DNA of 64,000 bases. Origin: Eledone cirrhosa. Lineage: Eukaryota. Below, piece after piece: positions 25,890-38,924 of this stretch. The first letter of the stretch is position 1. Each line of letters opens with the position of its first letter. The stretch is from positions 27,094,001 through 27,158,000 of the forward strand of contig OZ024756.1 of NCBI GenBank assembly GCA_964016885.1, in the 5' to 3' direction. A program made the position numbers and the translations under genes. The notes beneath the pieces were generated by a model, which had not been told where the DNA came from, did not search any database, and was given only the letters and a program-made list of their open reading frames with translations.

Positions 25890-26270
25890 CATGTGTTGTG
25901 AATATTGCTTCTGAGTGGGACCACAGAGTGAAAGAGAAGGAAAGTGAGAAAGTTTAGAAATACCAGGAGCTGAAGAGAGAAATCAGGAAACTGTGGCGTA
26001 TCCGACACATAGAACTGGTACCGATTGTGGTTGGTGCACTGGGAGAAGTTAGTAGAAGGTTAGATGCATGGCTTGAGAAGCTAGGAATTACCATCAGGAT
26101 AGGTTTGTTGCAGAAAACAGCCTTGCTGGGAACAGCAAGGATTCTAAGGAGTGTGTTGGAAAGTTGAAGGAAAAGGAATTCCCCAAACGACTTTTGGCCA
26201 TTGGCTATCGTCTGCTTATATTGTCAGTATAACATCAGCCAGAACAAAAGTGTTACGAATAATAATAATA
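25890..26270 (+). mobile_element. R4/Dong-like (restriction-like endonuclease) LINE 3' end
   Basis: KYQELKREIRKLW...VPIVVGALG...LQKTALLGTARILR, ends in (TAA)n. Confidence 0.85.
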
Positions 26271-26427
26271 ATTGTTTCTACTTTTGGCACAAGGCCAGCA
26301 ATTATCCCAGTGCATTACTGGTACTTTATTTTATCGACCCCGTAAGAATGAAAGGCAAAGTTAACATCGGCGAGATTTGAACTCAGACCTATGCTGAATA
26401 ATAATAGTAATAATATAATTAACTTAC

Positions 26428-26512
26428 ATGTAAGAAGGGGAGAACCCCTTCAAGAACATAATAGAGGTTGCCATGGACTATGCCTCTAGTGTCACTATTG
26501 TCTGCAATAGCG
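26428..26512 (-). CDS. ITPR: ITPR-like exon (AIADNSDTRG...GVLPFLH)
   Basis: tacag/gtaag, 85 nt, phase 2-0. Confidence 0.9.
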
Positions 26513-27394
26513 CTGTAAAACACAAATAAAGATTGTTTAAGAAAATATAAAACATGAGCAATATTTGTCACCCAGAATAAAACCCTGAGCAAAATGGTTG
26601 GATAATATCCACCATGAGCTTGGCTGGTCTCGTTCGGGGACCTAGCTGGAGATGGTTGCTTTCGACAGGACCCACTGGAAGGAGTGTTTGAAGACTCTGC
26701 CTCCCACGACCTTTTCAGGAATAAGTGAGGGAAGGGGAAAAATTATGGGAACTAGGAAGACCACAAATCAGAGAAGTACTCAATATATGGTATGATGCAG
26801 AATGGGTATATTAGTGAAAGTAGAAGGTTACCTCTTCTAAACTATGTATATACATATATATAGAATAAGAAAATAGTTTCAGATGTTAAAGTCCTTTATT
26901 GATAAGGCTGTGATACATATTTCAATGATGACAGGGGCCACGCAATTCTACGTACCCAGTGCCATGATCTCATCAAACAGTTTCATTAGATAATAAGGTT
27001 ATCTTCTTGAGGCAATCAAAACTAAAATGACAAGGGAACAGACAAAAATGATGTCTTTGAAGCCTTCGCCTGTCCTCACAGATATGAGGCCCACTACTAA
27101 ATATAATGGTTGGTGATTGGGTGGGCCTCCCATATGTGGAAACCATGATAAAATCGGTACATTTATAAGAATAGATGTGCCCTCTGGCCCATCTAGAAGG
27201 ACAGTAGCTTCTATAAAATATTGACTTGTTCTGTGACAACCCCTTCCAGCTCATACTAACATTGGAAAGAAGACATTAAATGATGACAATGATATATACA
27301 TATACACTCAACTGTTAAAGCTAGAGCAGCAATAGGTACAACAGTTATAACACAAAGAATAAATAAATGATTTTAAAAACTCGAAAGATTATAC

Positions 27395-27508
27395 CTTTTG
27401 TCAGGATGTGTTTTCAGGAGAGCAGTAGTCCTTTCTCGATAGCGGGAAACAGATTCAAACAGGTCATTGATTGTCTGAACAGCCGTTGAAAGGAATTCCC
27501 ATATTTTC
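27395..27508 (-). CDS. ITPR: ITPR-like exon (KIWEFLSTAVQ...THPDK)
   Basis: aacag/gtata, 114 nt, phase 2-2. Confidence 0.88.
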
Positions 27509-28657
27509 CTGTTATAATAGATACATATACATATGTTCATGTACTTGTTTTACAAGATTCTTGATATGAAATCGTGTGTTAAAACAGATGTTATATTTGG
27601 GGGTGGTCATGCTGCCAATATTGACAACAAAAGCATGCAGACTATTTATTTTTACTTCAGCTTTGTTATCTAAATATTAGTTAGTTCGTCAAAGTTCTTT
27701 CATCACATTCTAAGATATCCTTAATGACTATTTCTTTTCCTCTGTGCCTCCCATCATTCAGCTCTTAATTTGTTTACTCCAGTTTGTCTCTCTGAAATCA
27801 GTCTGGAAAACGCAGTGACAATATCGAGCTATGCATAGGGCTAACGTGAAAAAGAAAACTCCTTTTAAGGTTCAATGGAGTATCTTCGCTTAGGCAGAAA
27901 CATACAGCAAGGGAAGCTATCCATGCAACCACTGCTCTGTGGAAACCATAAATATATTGTTTGGTAATGGACAACCACTCAACTGGAAGACCGAACTCAT
28001 TACTACGTGTAGACACAATATATAAAACTTACCTCAACCTCAAACCCATGCACGACTCACCCCAGGGGGTAAGACTATTGGCTACTATTTGCTACTATAA
28101 CATACACAGACACCACTAATCACCAGATGATTCAGAATCAACAGCACACACTAGTTATAAAGAACAAATTAACATAAGACATACATCACTCAACATCATA
28201 ACACACATTTTCATTCTCACTCTCCCTCTCCCTGGTATCATCTTCTAGCTGTACCTAGCCAACCCTAAACACTATCATAACACACATTTTCTTTTCAACA
28301 ACCTCCTGCTGGCTAGTCTCTATGATAACCAGACCACTATCACTCTGCTTTCATAATTATTGCTGTTTATTTTAGGTTCTTGCATTGAATGGCAGGAACC
28401 ATAGAACACCAGACTACATAATTTATGTCACATTTGTCAGATGTGCTTCAAAACAGGCTGTGTCACAGTAGTTTTCTCTGCCATTCTCCCTTGTGTGCTT
28501 CAGTGATTGGTTGACCCGGGGCCATGGTAGAAGACATTTGCCCAAAATACTGTGCTGTGGGATTGAACCCGATACCACATTGTTGCAAAGTGAACATCTT
28601 AACCACACACACAACCCTATACACACACACACACACATATATATAGATAGATATGTG

Positions 28658-28689
<32 letters not shown>

Positions 28690-28694
28690 GAGAG

Positions 28695-28757
<63 letters not shown>

Positions 28758-28942
28758 CAGATAAATCGATATGTATATATATATATATATATATATAAAT
28801 AAAATATAGTTATGTAATAAACAACATAAGATATATACATCATATATATATATAAATATATATAAAATATATAATAGGTCTGTATTATACATAGAGCACT
28901 CTTCTTCCCTTTACTTTTTCTATGGAAATACTGAACACATAA

Positions 28943-29003
<61 letters not shown>

Positions 29004-29764
29004 TCAGGTAGATAGATAGATGTGTTTGTGCACCCCACTACATAACGCACCACACAGCACAGCAAGGTAGATAGATAGATGTGTGTGTGTGTGTGTGCAC
29101 CCCACTACATAACGCTGCACACAGCACAGCATGTAGCACCGTAAGTCAGTCCATCAACAGAACTAGAACTATATGTATATAAGATATGGGCCACTGATGC
29201 TGTAAATAGAGAACATGTACTATACTCAGAGTTAAGGAAAATAAACAACCAGTAATTGTGTCTCCTCGTATGTGGTAACGTGTGTGTGTGTGTATCTGTG
29301 TGTTTCTGTGTGCATGTGTGTACTTGTATGTTGGAACATGTGTGTGCATGTGTGTGCATATGTGTACTTGTATGTTGGAATGTGTGTGGATCTGTGTGTG
29401 CATGTGTGTGCATGTGTGTACTTGTATATTGGAACGTGCATGTGTATCTGTGTGTGCATGTGCGTACTTGTATGTGGGAACATCTGTGAGTGAGTGAGTG
29501 TGTGTGTGTGTGTGTGTGACTGTGTGTATGTGTGTGTGAGTGTATGCGAGTGAGTGTGTGTGAGTGTGAGTGTGTGAGTGAGTGTGTGTGTGTGTGTGAC
29601 TGTGTGTATGTGTGTGTGAGTGTATGCGAGTGAGTGTGTGTGAGTGTGTGAGTGAGTGTGCAGAGATAAAGTGTTGGAAACATTAAAACTGTATTCATAT
29701 TTTAAAAAATCTGTATTGGAATTATAATCTACATCGAAATTAATCTTTTCAACACCATCTATCT

Positions 29765-30336
29765 ACGCATTGGTACACTGCTCGGGCGTAGCTGATCTGT
29801 GGGGCTATGTCGAACGACTGCTATCACGGGTGGGACCGATCCGGTTGACAACCGAGGCCATTGTAACGATTAAGCCACCTCCCCCCTTCAAAAATGAAGG
29901 AGAGGCGGTGTTTCTGTGCGTAATAGCCATGGTGAAAGAGGTTGTATGGTGGACGCGTCTGAAAGGACTGAGGTCAGACACCTTTCTCTCTGGCCAACAA
30001 CTGATCCGTTTCTTCCGATATCATTTCGGAAGAAGGATCAGGATGGAGAGAGAGGTGCTGCACTCCAGCCGTTTTTATGAAAGGTGGGTGAAAGTGGCGA
30101 GAATGGCCCGTGTGAATGGGCCTTCTCTTTACATCAGCCTGTAGGTGGAGAAGAGGAAGGAACGAGGCAGCACCCTCTCTATGTACTCCTGAGGAGAAGG
30201 GGTTGCACTCCCTATTGAGGACTTTATTGTTAATTTTATATTTGTTATTTGTTTTCTTAACTCGCCTTTTTCTGTAAACTCCCCCCATTGTACTTGTCCC
30301 ACTTCTTGATGCCCTGGTGGCAAATAAAAAGAAACA
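29765..30336 (+). mobile_element. L1/Tx1-like LINE 3' end
   Basis: ALVHCSGVADLW...VVWWTR post-zinc-knuckle region, T-rich UTR, AATAAA, followed by (TATC)n. Confidence 0.7.
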
Positions 30337-30343
30337 TATCTAT

Positions 30344-30394
<51 letters not shown>

Positions 30395-30929
30395 CCTACC
30401 TCCCTATCTATCTACCTACCTCCCTACATACCTACCTATCTACCTACCTACCTCACTACCTATCTATCTATGAGTGAGCTCAAAGGAACCAGCCAATCAC
30501 CCAACCAACAAACAAACATCTCTTTTTTATATTATATATAGATATTACAATTAGCCATCATTTTTTATGGCACGGGGCCAGCTAGTGTAATAATAATAAT
30601 AATTTCTACTTTTGGCACTAATCCCAGTGCAATTATCCCAGTGCATTACTGGTACTTTATTTTATCAACCCTGTCAGGATGAAAGGCAAAGTTAACCTCG
30701 ACGGGATTTGAACTCAGATCGTAATGGACTATAACTCTATGCTGCAAAGCATGGCATCCAACCCTTAATAATAATCAGAGTAAAAGCATTGAGATAACAA
30801 AGACAAAATGAAAGGTTTGCAATAATAAGTTCAAGTCTAATTACACATACTGAAATCCTAACTTCTGGGGCAATGGTTAACACACTTGACTAGGAAACAG
30901 GAGATCACAGGTTTGACACTTGTCAACCT

Positions 30930-31160
30930 CAAGATGCTTCAGTTTCCCTCATCACACAGGTCGTCTTGGAGACCTCAGGTGTACTTGGACTCCGTACAGC
31001 CGAGCTCTTCCGCAAGATTGGAACGTCGGTGGCCCATCTGAGGAAGGAATCCTGCGAGGTTAGATGGCTGTTGCAGCAGGTGTCACTGGCCATTGTCCGC
31101 GGGAATGCTTTTGTGGTCATGTTCTCTGGGAGCAGCCCCTTTACCCCCATGCTCTAGGCC
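30930..31160 (+). mobile_element. CRE-like LINE 3' end (second copy on minus strand at ~24130-24370)
   Basis: ETSGVLG...WLLQQVSLAIVRGNA motif. Confidence 0.7.
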
Positions 31161-31710
31161 CAGAGCCCAATCACCCTCACCCTCTACATTCTTCTATGAC
31201 ACTGGAGTCCCTGCAATTCCCTTTCTTTTCCGGTTTTTCTCTTTTTCTCCTTTTTCTTTATATTTTCTTATTTTACATTCCATTCTTCTCAATCATCATT
31301 TCATCATCATCATTTCATTTTACGTCCACTTTTCCCTGCTTGCAAGGGTGGGACGGGAACTGATGCTGGCTTGATTTCTACAGCTGGATGCCCTTCCTAA
31401 CACCAACCTCATTTACAGTGAGTGCTGGGTGCTTTTTTGCCGTGACACCTCCACGACCACTTTGCAGTGGAATGATAGGGACCCCAGTCCCTATCATCTC
31501 ATTTCTACAGCTGAGTAAACTGGAGCAATGTGAAATAAAGTGTCTTGCTCAAGGAAACAACACATCAATCTAACTTTTTTTCTTTCTTTTTCTATTAAAC
31601 TGTATTTACACGATATATTCCATATATAAAATAAAGGCAGTGCCCCAGCATGGCCTCAGCCAGATGGCTGGAACAGGTAAAAGAGTAAAAGAGTAAAATA
31701 TTATACATAC

Positions 31711-31898
31711 TTGTCGTGTTGGATGTCAGAAAGACTGCTCTCATTCTCATCCGGGTTTGATTTAACATAGACACCTAGTATAAATTTCAAGAACGGTGTT
31801 TTCAAGTTGTTATCAATTCCTGTATGGTTGAGAATCCACAGTAATTCCTCAAAAGGAAGAATAGTTTGGCAGAGTGAATCAATGAATTTGTTCTCTCC
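31711..31898 (-). CDS. ITPR: ITPR-like exon (GENKFIDSLCQTILPFEELL...)
   Basis: tacag/gtatg, 188 nt, phase 0-2. Confidence 0.92.
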
Positions 31899-32793
31899 CT
31901 GTAAGTAGGTTACAAAAAAAAAAAAAAAAAATATGGAACTCAATAAATTGGCATTTAGGGGCACAACTGAAGTATACCTTCCAAAATATTGTGTAGGGCC
32001 CATCCACATATTCCTTACTTTCATTCTTTACGGGGGCCGATAAAATAAAGTACCAGTAATACACTGAGATAATTGCTGGCCTTGTGCCGAAAGTAGAAAC
32101 AATTATTTAAAGGGCGGTGGATTGGCAGTAGTATCGGTAGAGCGTCGGACAACAGGCTTTGCGGTATAGAGTTATGGCCCTATATGCCGTAACTATATGC
32201 CACAAAGTATGTTGTCCAATGGTCTACTGATAATGCCAATCTACTGCCCTTAAATTGTTTCTACTTTTGGCACAAGGCCAGCAATTTAAAAGGAAGGGGA
32301 AAATTATATAAAGGTGTTTGTGTGAATGTATGTCTGTGAGTGTGTATTTTTGTAATTGTGTCTGTGTTTGCGCATTTATATTTATATACTCATACATATA
32401 AATGCATGCAAATACACATACACACATGCACACACATATATACACACACACGTCAGCGTATGGAAAAAAATCTACTATATAATAATTGCACAAGGCCAGC
32501 AATTATCCCAGTGTATTACTGGTACTTTATTTTATCGACCCTGTAAGGATGAAAGGCAAAGTTAACCTCAGCAGGATTTGAACTCAGTCCGTAAAGGGAC
32601 GTAACTGTGCTGCAAAGCATGGCGTCCGACCCTTTACCGATACTGCTAATCCACCGCCCTCTATCAATCTACTATATAATAATGAAATCAGAAAATAAAT
32701 AAATAAACAAACAAAAACAAAGCACAAAAAAAAAATGAGATACCCTAAAGAAAATTAAAATGAAAGAAATGTGAGTATAAAATGAAGACTGAC

Positions 32794-32878
32794 CTCAGCA
32801 CAGGTGGCCAGTAAATCCACGAGACAAATGAAGTAAGTTCGATGTCCTTTTTCAGTATTATTGGTCAGTATTCTTTCT
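32794..32878 (-). CDS. ITPR: ITPR-like exon (ERILTN...LVDLLATCAE)
   Basis: ttcag/gtcagt, 85 nt, phase 2-0; resembles ITPR1 LVELLAVCTEG. Confidence 0.92.
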
Positions 32879-32995
32879 CTGAAATAGAAAGTGATATTAG
32901 ATATATTAAACTATTATGAGAAGGCCATAGAAACAGTTTCTGAAATACAATACATTGCTCGCTTGCTCGCTCACTCGTGTTAACACAATTTAGAG

Positions 32996-33323
32996 CAGCG
33001 GTCGTCAATCGGTGGTCCAAGAGAAAATTATGGTGGTCCGCAGAAAAATTTGAGTGTACCGGATTTCCCGGCGTCGAAGACGCTACTTTTTTCCTAAAAT
33101 AAGTCTAAAAAATCTACTATGTATCCTGGAAGCCAAAGGTTGTTTATTATATTTTTTTTTTAATTTTTGGTTGTCAAAATTAGGGTGTGTCCTTGAGGAC
33201 GAAGCGTCTTCGGTGCCGGTAAATACAGTTTTTAACTTTTAAAAAAAATTCATATTAGTGGTCCACGAGATTTAAAATTATGAATTTAGTGGTCTGTGAG
33301 GTCCGAAAGATTGATGATCACTG
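32996..33323. mobile_element. hAT-like MITE with nested pogo/Tigger-like MITE (33057-33228; second copy ~56261-56420)
   Basis: CAG...CTG imperfect TIRs; inner TACCG..CCGGCGTCGAAGACG inverted ends. Confidence 0.55.
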
Positions 33324-33363
33324 ATTTAGAGTGCATTTAAAAAAAAATGTTTTATCAACATAC

Positions 33364-33602
33364 CTTACAGATCTGTCTTGATCAAGAACATAAGCGGCCT
33401 TCTTGAAGTTCTGCATGATATATTTCATGACCAGGGTTTGGTTGTGTTTCAACGTCACATCGAGTCCTTCCACTTTGACCAATGAACGTAAAAGATCAAG
33501 GAATTCGGGTGCTTTCTCTTGGTTCTCAGAGGCAAGAAGAACTAGTTTCTGGATTTGCCTAGAGTTGATTTTCAGACAGCTAAGCTGGTTTCCTATGAAA
33601 AC
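33364..33602 (-). CDS. ITPR: ITPR-like exon, RIH domain (VFIGNQLSCLKI...KHNQTLVMK)
   Basis: gaag/gtatg, 239 nt, phase 0-2; within track ORF 33318-33752. Confidence 0.92.
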
Positions 33603-33824
33603 CTTCAGTGTCGTAACAATAAGAGAGACAATAGAATGATAGAATTTGTGTTTGGAACACCACTTTATTTCCCACTTTTTTTCTTTCACTATGCACACGC
33701 ACACACATATACATAAACTTACACACACACATATATATATATACACACACACATATATATATATTTACATACACACACACACATATATATACCCACATAC
33801 ACATATATAAAGTTTTTACCTTAC

Positions 33825-33986
33825 CTCACGTAAGGCTATGGCCAGTTGAGATTCTACAACCTTCACTTCAAGAAGTGTATCAAGCTTTTCAAACATCTCG
33901 CTTTGTACTTGATGGTTTTCCTTGATCAACAATTTTAAGAGATACAATGTTTTCTCCAGAATGGTTTTCATCCCTCCGTACTGATC
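33825..33986 (-). CDS. ITPR: ITPR-like exon, RIH domain (DQYGGMK...KENHQVQSEMF...ALRE)
   Basis: taag/gtaag, 162 nt, phase 0-0. Confidence 0.92.
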
Positions 33987-34020
33987 CTTAAAAATAATAA
34001 CATTATATATATATATATAT

Positions 34021-36636
34021 ATGGACCTAAATGGTCACGTTGGACAACATTGTGACGGCTACGACGAAATCCATGGAGGCTATGGGTTTGGTACTAGAAA
34101 TGAGGAAGGCTCCAGAATCCTGGAATTCTGTGATGCAAATAACCTAACTATCTGTAACACTAACTTCAAAAAACGTGACAATCACCTGATCACCTATAGA
34201 TCCGGGGAACACACAAGCCAGGTAGATTATATCCTTACCAGAAGACGTGACAGAGTGTCTGTTGTTAACACTAAATCCCTCCCCCATGAAGAATGCACCT
34301 CCCAACATAGACTGATAATTAGCGACCTCATAGTCAGGACGAGACGTACTCGACAACAGAAGAGGACTATCCTCAGGAGGAAAATATGGAAGCTAAAGGA
34401 CCCCACAGCCAGGAATAAATTTCAAAGCATATTACTTGATGCTTTCGACAGTAAGGAAGAACATTTAGAGTCGGACAATATAGAGGGAGAGTGGGAATTT
34501 CTGAAAGCAAACCTGCTGTTGGCGACAGACGAGGTCTGTGGCTGGAGCAGGCCTGTAGGCAGGAGGAGAGTAACATGGTGGTGGAACAGTAAGGTGGAGG
34601 GGTCAATTAAGGCCAAAAAGCAGGCTTGGAAAGTATGGCGGGATGGGGGAAGTAGAGAGGACTATCAAGTGGCCAGGAGGGAAGCTAGGAGACAAGTGTA
34701 CTTAGCAAGAAGGGAAGCTGAGGAAAGAAAGTTCAAGCATGTTCTACAACGCGATGACCAAAAACGTGAGGTGTTCAGGATTGCTAGGCAATGCGTCAAG
34801 GAAAACCGTGATATTGTCGGGGAGAAGTGTGTACTAAACGACGATGGCACACTTGCCATCACCGACGCTGATAAGAAGGTAGCTTGGAAGTGTCACTATG
34901 AAAGGCTTCTAAATGAGGAGAATAATTGGGAGAAAGGCAGTCTCCCCCATATCGACCCAATAGAGGGACCAGCAGTGTTAGTCGAGGGGAGTATAATAAG
35001 TAAGGCAATCAAGGATATGAAGACTGGTAAGGCGGCTGGGCCTTCGGAAATAGTTGCTGAGATGCTGAAGGCATCTGGCACGGTGGGACACACCATGGTC
35101 ACCCGCATAGTTAACCAAGTCGTACAGAACGGGGTTGTTCCGAAGGACTGGCATAGCAGCATCATCGTTAACTGTTATAAGGGTAAAGGAGACGCCCTAG
35201 ATAGGAGTAACTATAGAGGCATTAAATTAATCGACCAGGTCATGAAGGTCACGGAAAGAGTAATAGCGCAACTAATCAGAGAGAGAATTGACCTAGATGA
35301 AATGCAGTTCGGGTTTGTGTCAGGCAAAAGTACCACAGACGCTCTTTTCATAGTACGACAACTACAGGAGAAGTACCTAGCTAAAGGTAAACCCCTCTAC
35401 TTAGCTTTTGTCGACTTGGAGAAAGCCTTCGACAGAGTCCCCCGCTCCATTATCTGGTGGGCTCTTAGAAAACTAGGCGTTGACGAATGGCTTGTGAGGG
35501 CTATACAAGCCATGTATAAAGAAACAGTCAGCAAGGTTAGAATTAACAACGAATATAGTGAAGAGTTTAGCGTAAAAGTCGGCGTCCATCAGGGCTCTGT
35601 TCTCAGTCCACTACTATTTATTATTGCCCTTCAGGCTATAACAGAGGAGTTCAAGACAGGCTGCCCATGGGAACTCCTATACGCAGACGACCTGACACTC
35701 ATAGCGGAATCAATGGCCGAGCTAGAGAAGAAATTCCAAACATGGAAGCACGGCCTAGAGTCAAAAGGACTTAAAATTAACCTGGCTAAGACCAAAGTAC
35801 TAGTTTGTAGGAAAGAAAACAAGGCGGCGGTCCCTTCGGGGAAATGGTCGTGCTCGGTGTGTAGGAAAGGCGTAGGTAGAAACTCCATTTTATGTCCTAA
35901 ATGCAAAGTATGGGTGCATAAAAGATGTAGTGGGATCACAGGTAAGCTAACTAAGAACATAGATTTTACATGTGGCCGGTGCTCTGGTGCAATAAGTAGC
36001 AGCAAGTGCCCACAAACTACTAGCTCTTTCAATTGCGCAGAGGGTTCTATAGAAATAGTGGACAGCTTCCGTTACCTGGGCGATAAAATCAGCAGTGGGG
36101 GAGGGTGCTCTGAAAGTACTGTAGCTAGAGTCAGAACTGGTTGGAAAAAGTTCAGAGAGCTTATACCACTATTAGCTGCTAAAGGGTTCTCACTAAAAAT
36201 GAAAGGCAGGTTGTACGATGCCTGCATACGAACAGCAATGCTGCATGGCAGTGAGACCTGGGCATTGTGTGCAGAGGATATACGCAGACTAGAGAGGAAC
36301 GAAGCTTGCATGCTCCGCTGGATGTGTAACAGTAATATACGTGAACGGCAAAGCATAAACGAACTAAGGAATAAATTAGAGATAAGAGGGATCAGATGTT
36401 GTTTACTCGAGAGAAGGCTACGTTGGTATGGACACGTGATGCGCATGAAAGTCGATAGCTGTATAACAAAGTGCAGGGCAATAAAGATAGACGGTAGTCA
36501 CGGAATAGGCAGACCTAGAAAAACCTGGGACGAGCTGATAAACTCCGACATCACACACTTACACCTCTCCAAGACAATGTCACTGGACCGAGACCTTTGG
36601 CGGTACTCAGTAACAGAGAAGACCCGCCTTACCTAA
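34021..36636 (+). CDS. RTE-clade LINE ORF, 5'-truncated: C-terminal part of AP endonuclease, reverse transcriptase, embedded PHD-like zinc finger
   Basis: DLNGHVG/VDYIL/SQHRL (APE), NYRGIKL, FVDLEKAFD, GVHQGSVLSP, YADD (RT); CxxC..CxxC..HxxC..CxxC; uninterrupted 871 aa. ATG is created by the flanking (TA)n. Confidence 0.95.
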   Translation: MDLNGHVGQHCDGYDEIHGGYGFGTRNEEGSRILEFCDANNLTICNTNFKKRDNHLITYRSGEHTSQVDYILTRRRDRVSVVNTKSLPHEECTSQHRLIISDLIVRTRRTRQQKRTILRRKIWKLKDPTARNKFQSILLDAFDSKEEHLESDNIEGEWEFLKANLLLATDEVCGWSRPVGRRRVTWWWNSKVEGSIKAKKQAWKVWRDGGSREDYQVARREARRQVYLARREAEERKFKHVLQRDDQKREVFRIARQCVKENRDIVGEKCVLNDDGTLAITDADKKVAWKCHYERLLNEENNWEKGSLPHIDPIEGPAVLVEGSIISKAIKDMKTGKAAGPSEIVAEMLKASGTVGHTMVTRIVNQVVQNGVVPKDWHSSIIVNCYKGKGDALDRSNYRGIKLIDQVMKVTERVIAQLIRERIDLDEMQFGFVSGKSTTDALFIVRQLQEKYLAKGKPLYLAFVDLEKAFDRVPRSIIWWALRKLGVDEWLVRAIQAMYKETVSKVRINNEYSEEFSVKVGVHQGSVLSPLLFIIALQAITEEFKTGCPWELLYADDLTLIAESMAELEKKFQTWKHGLESKGLKINLAKTKVLVCRKENKAAVPSGKWSCSVCRKGVGRNSILCPKCKVWVHKRCSGITGKLTKNIDFTCGRCSGAISSSKCPQTTSSFNCAEGSIEIVDSFRYLGDKISSGGGCSESTVARVRTGWKKFRELIPLLAAKGFSLKMKGRLYDACIRTAMLHGSETWALCAEDIRRLERNEACMLRWMCNSNIRERQSINELRNKLEIRGIRCCLLERRLRWYGHVMRMKVDSCITKCRAIKIDGSHGIGRPRKTWDELINSDITHLHLSKTMSLDRDLWRYSVTEKTRLT

Positions 36637-37033
36637 ATATATAGTAAAACCTACTCCAGCCAGTAGGCATCTCTAACAAAATACACCCCGTCCCACCACC
36701 CCCACCCCCACCCGATCCACACCACCCCGTTCTATGTAAAGTTATGTTGGTGCCGCGCCATCGAGGCCGAAACAAATGAGATCGTGTAGGTGTCACGACA
36801 AAAAAACACACAGTCCACGCTGTAATGTGGCCGTGTAGGCAACACGGTAAAAACCTCCCAGACCCACACTGTAAATGTGGTTGGTGTTAGGAAGGGCATC
36901 CAACTGTAGAAAACCTGCCAGACAGTCCTATGCGAGCAAGACAATCACTCTTGCCTCAAGTGGGACTACCCCCGTCCAAACCCATGCAAGCGTGGAACAC
37001 GGACGTTAAACGTTGATGATGATGATGATGATG
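34022..37033 (+). mobile_element. Young 5'-truncated RTE LINE with 3' UTR and (GAT)n tail, inserted in (TA)n
   Basis: ORF above + ~400-nt UTR ending (GAT)n; (TA)n on both sides. Confidence 0.95.
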
Positions 37034-37566
37034 ATATATATATAACAAAATTAATTTTAGTCTTGTAGAAGCAATTTCTACTTATCACACACACATATAT
37101 ATATATTGCATCCTTAAATTTATATTTGATCCATGCACTAGTTTTTATAGACTTTTGTAATGCCTATGTTGTATGTAGATTTATTATTAAATTATATGCC
37201 CTGCATTATGCTTAAATTCCTTATAGCAGCATTTTTCTTTATACCAGCTTGTTTTTAAGTTTCTTAAATGCATCTAGTTGCTCTGATTATTAATTATATT
37301 TATATCATCATGCTTTTCATATCCTTCTTGTTTTCCTCTCTTATATCAATATTAATATCTATTATTTTTGCTTTCTTCCCATATGTGTTAGCCCAGAATG
37401 TTTTTTTACAAATTTATCTGTGTCTTAACTTTTGATTTATACTCCGATGATTCCGGCCTCGTGCTTGGATGAAGCAATCGTTAGTAATTAAATGTTCTTA
37501 AACACTCTTTCATTGTTATTTATAAAGTATATAAAGTATATATATATTATTTATAAAGTATATAAA

Positions 37567-37600
<34 letters not shown>

Positions 37601-37725
37601 AAATATGGAGAAAAATACTGCAGGTAGCGCATGGATAACATGTAATAAAATGAGTCCCTCATCAGTGATTTGCCGACGATCATAGATATTTCATTGCATT
37701 AAAAATCATATACCTCACGTCGGTG

Positions 37726-37780
<55 letters not shown>

Positions 37781-37842
37781 GAATATTTATATATATATAT
37801 ATATATATATGAATATATATATATATATATATATATGAATAT

Positions 37843-37876
<34 letters not shown>

Positions 37877-37895
37877 GAATATATATATATACATA

Positions 37896-37927
<32 letters not shown>

Positions 37928-37930
<3 letters not shown>

Positions 37931-38532
37931 TATGGACACGTGATGCGCATGAAAGTCGATAGCTGTATAACAAAGTGCAGGGCAATAAAGATAGACGGTA
38001 GTCACGGAATAGGCAGACCTAGAAAAACCTGGGACGAGCTGATAAACTCCGACATCACACACTTACACCTCTCCAAGACAATGTCACTGGACCGAGACCT
38101 TTGGCGGTACTCAGTAACAGAGAAGACCCGCCTTACCTAAATATATAGTAAAACCTACTCCAGCCAGTAGGCATCTCTAACAAATACACCCCGTCCCACC
38201 ACCCCCACCCGATCCACACCACCCCGTTCTATGTAAAGTTATGTTGGTGCCGCGCCATCGAGGCCGAAACAAATGAGATCGTGTAGGTGTCACGACAAAA
38301 AAAACACACAGTCCACGCTGTAATGTGGCCGTGTAGGCAACACGGTAAAAACCTCCCAGACCCACACTGTAAATGTGGTTGGTGTTAGGAAGGGCATCCA
38401 ACTGTAGAAAACCTGCCAGACAGTCCTATGCAAGCAAGACAATCACTCTTGCCTCAAGTGGGACTACCCCCGTCCAAACCCATGCAAGCGTGGAACACGG
38501 ACGTTAAACGCTGATGATGATGATGATGATGA

Positions 38533-38534
<2 letters not shown>
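37928..38534 (+). mobile_element. 3' fragment of same RTE family
   Basis: Near-identical to 36425-37033, (GAT)n tail, (TA)n flanks. Confidence 0.95.
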
Positions 38535-38584
<50 letters not shown>

Positions 38585-38728
38585 ACCAAATGTTAATAAG
38601 GTTCATTGATTACTCAATGAATATAGTTTTACAATAGATTCAAAGCACTCAACAGGAAAGTTTTCTGGAGTTATTAATATTATTCAAAATATTAATAAAT
38701 GAAGACGTTCACATAATCAAAATATATG

Positions 38729-38790
38729 TTTTATTATATATATTTCGAAGGTACTGTGTTGTTTTTTCAGTACGTCTTCATCAGATAAAA
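38729..38790 (-). ncRNA. Type-I hammerhead ribozyme (left arm; partial inverted copy at 38824-38878 +)
   Basis: TTTTAT CTGATGA AGAC GTACTG..CAGTAC CTTC GAA ATATATAT A ATAAAA. Confidence 0.65.
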
Positions 38791-38924
38791 TACATGAATT
38801 GATGTATGACATACCTCAACAGTCTGATGAGGATGTACTGAAAAACAGCACATTACCTCCGAAATATATATAATAAAACATATATTTTGATTATGTGAAT
38901 GTCTTCATTTATTAATATTTTGAA

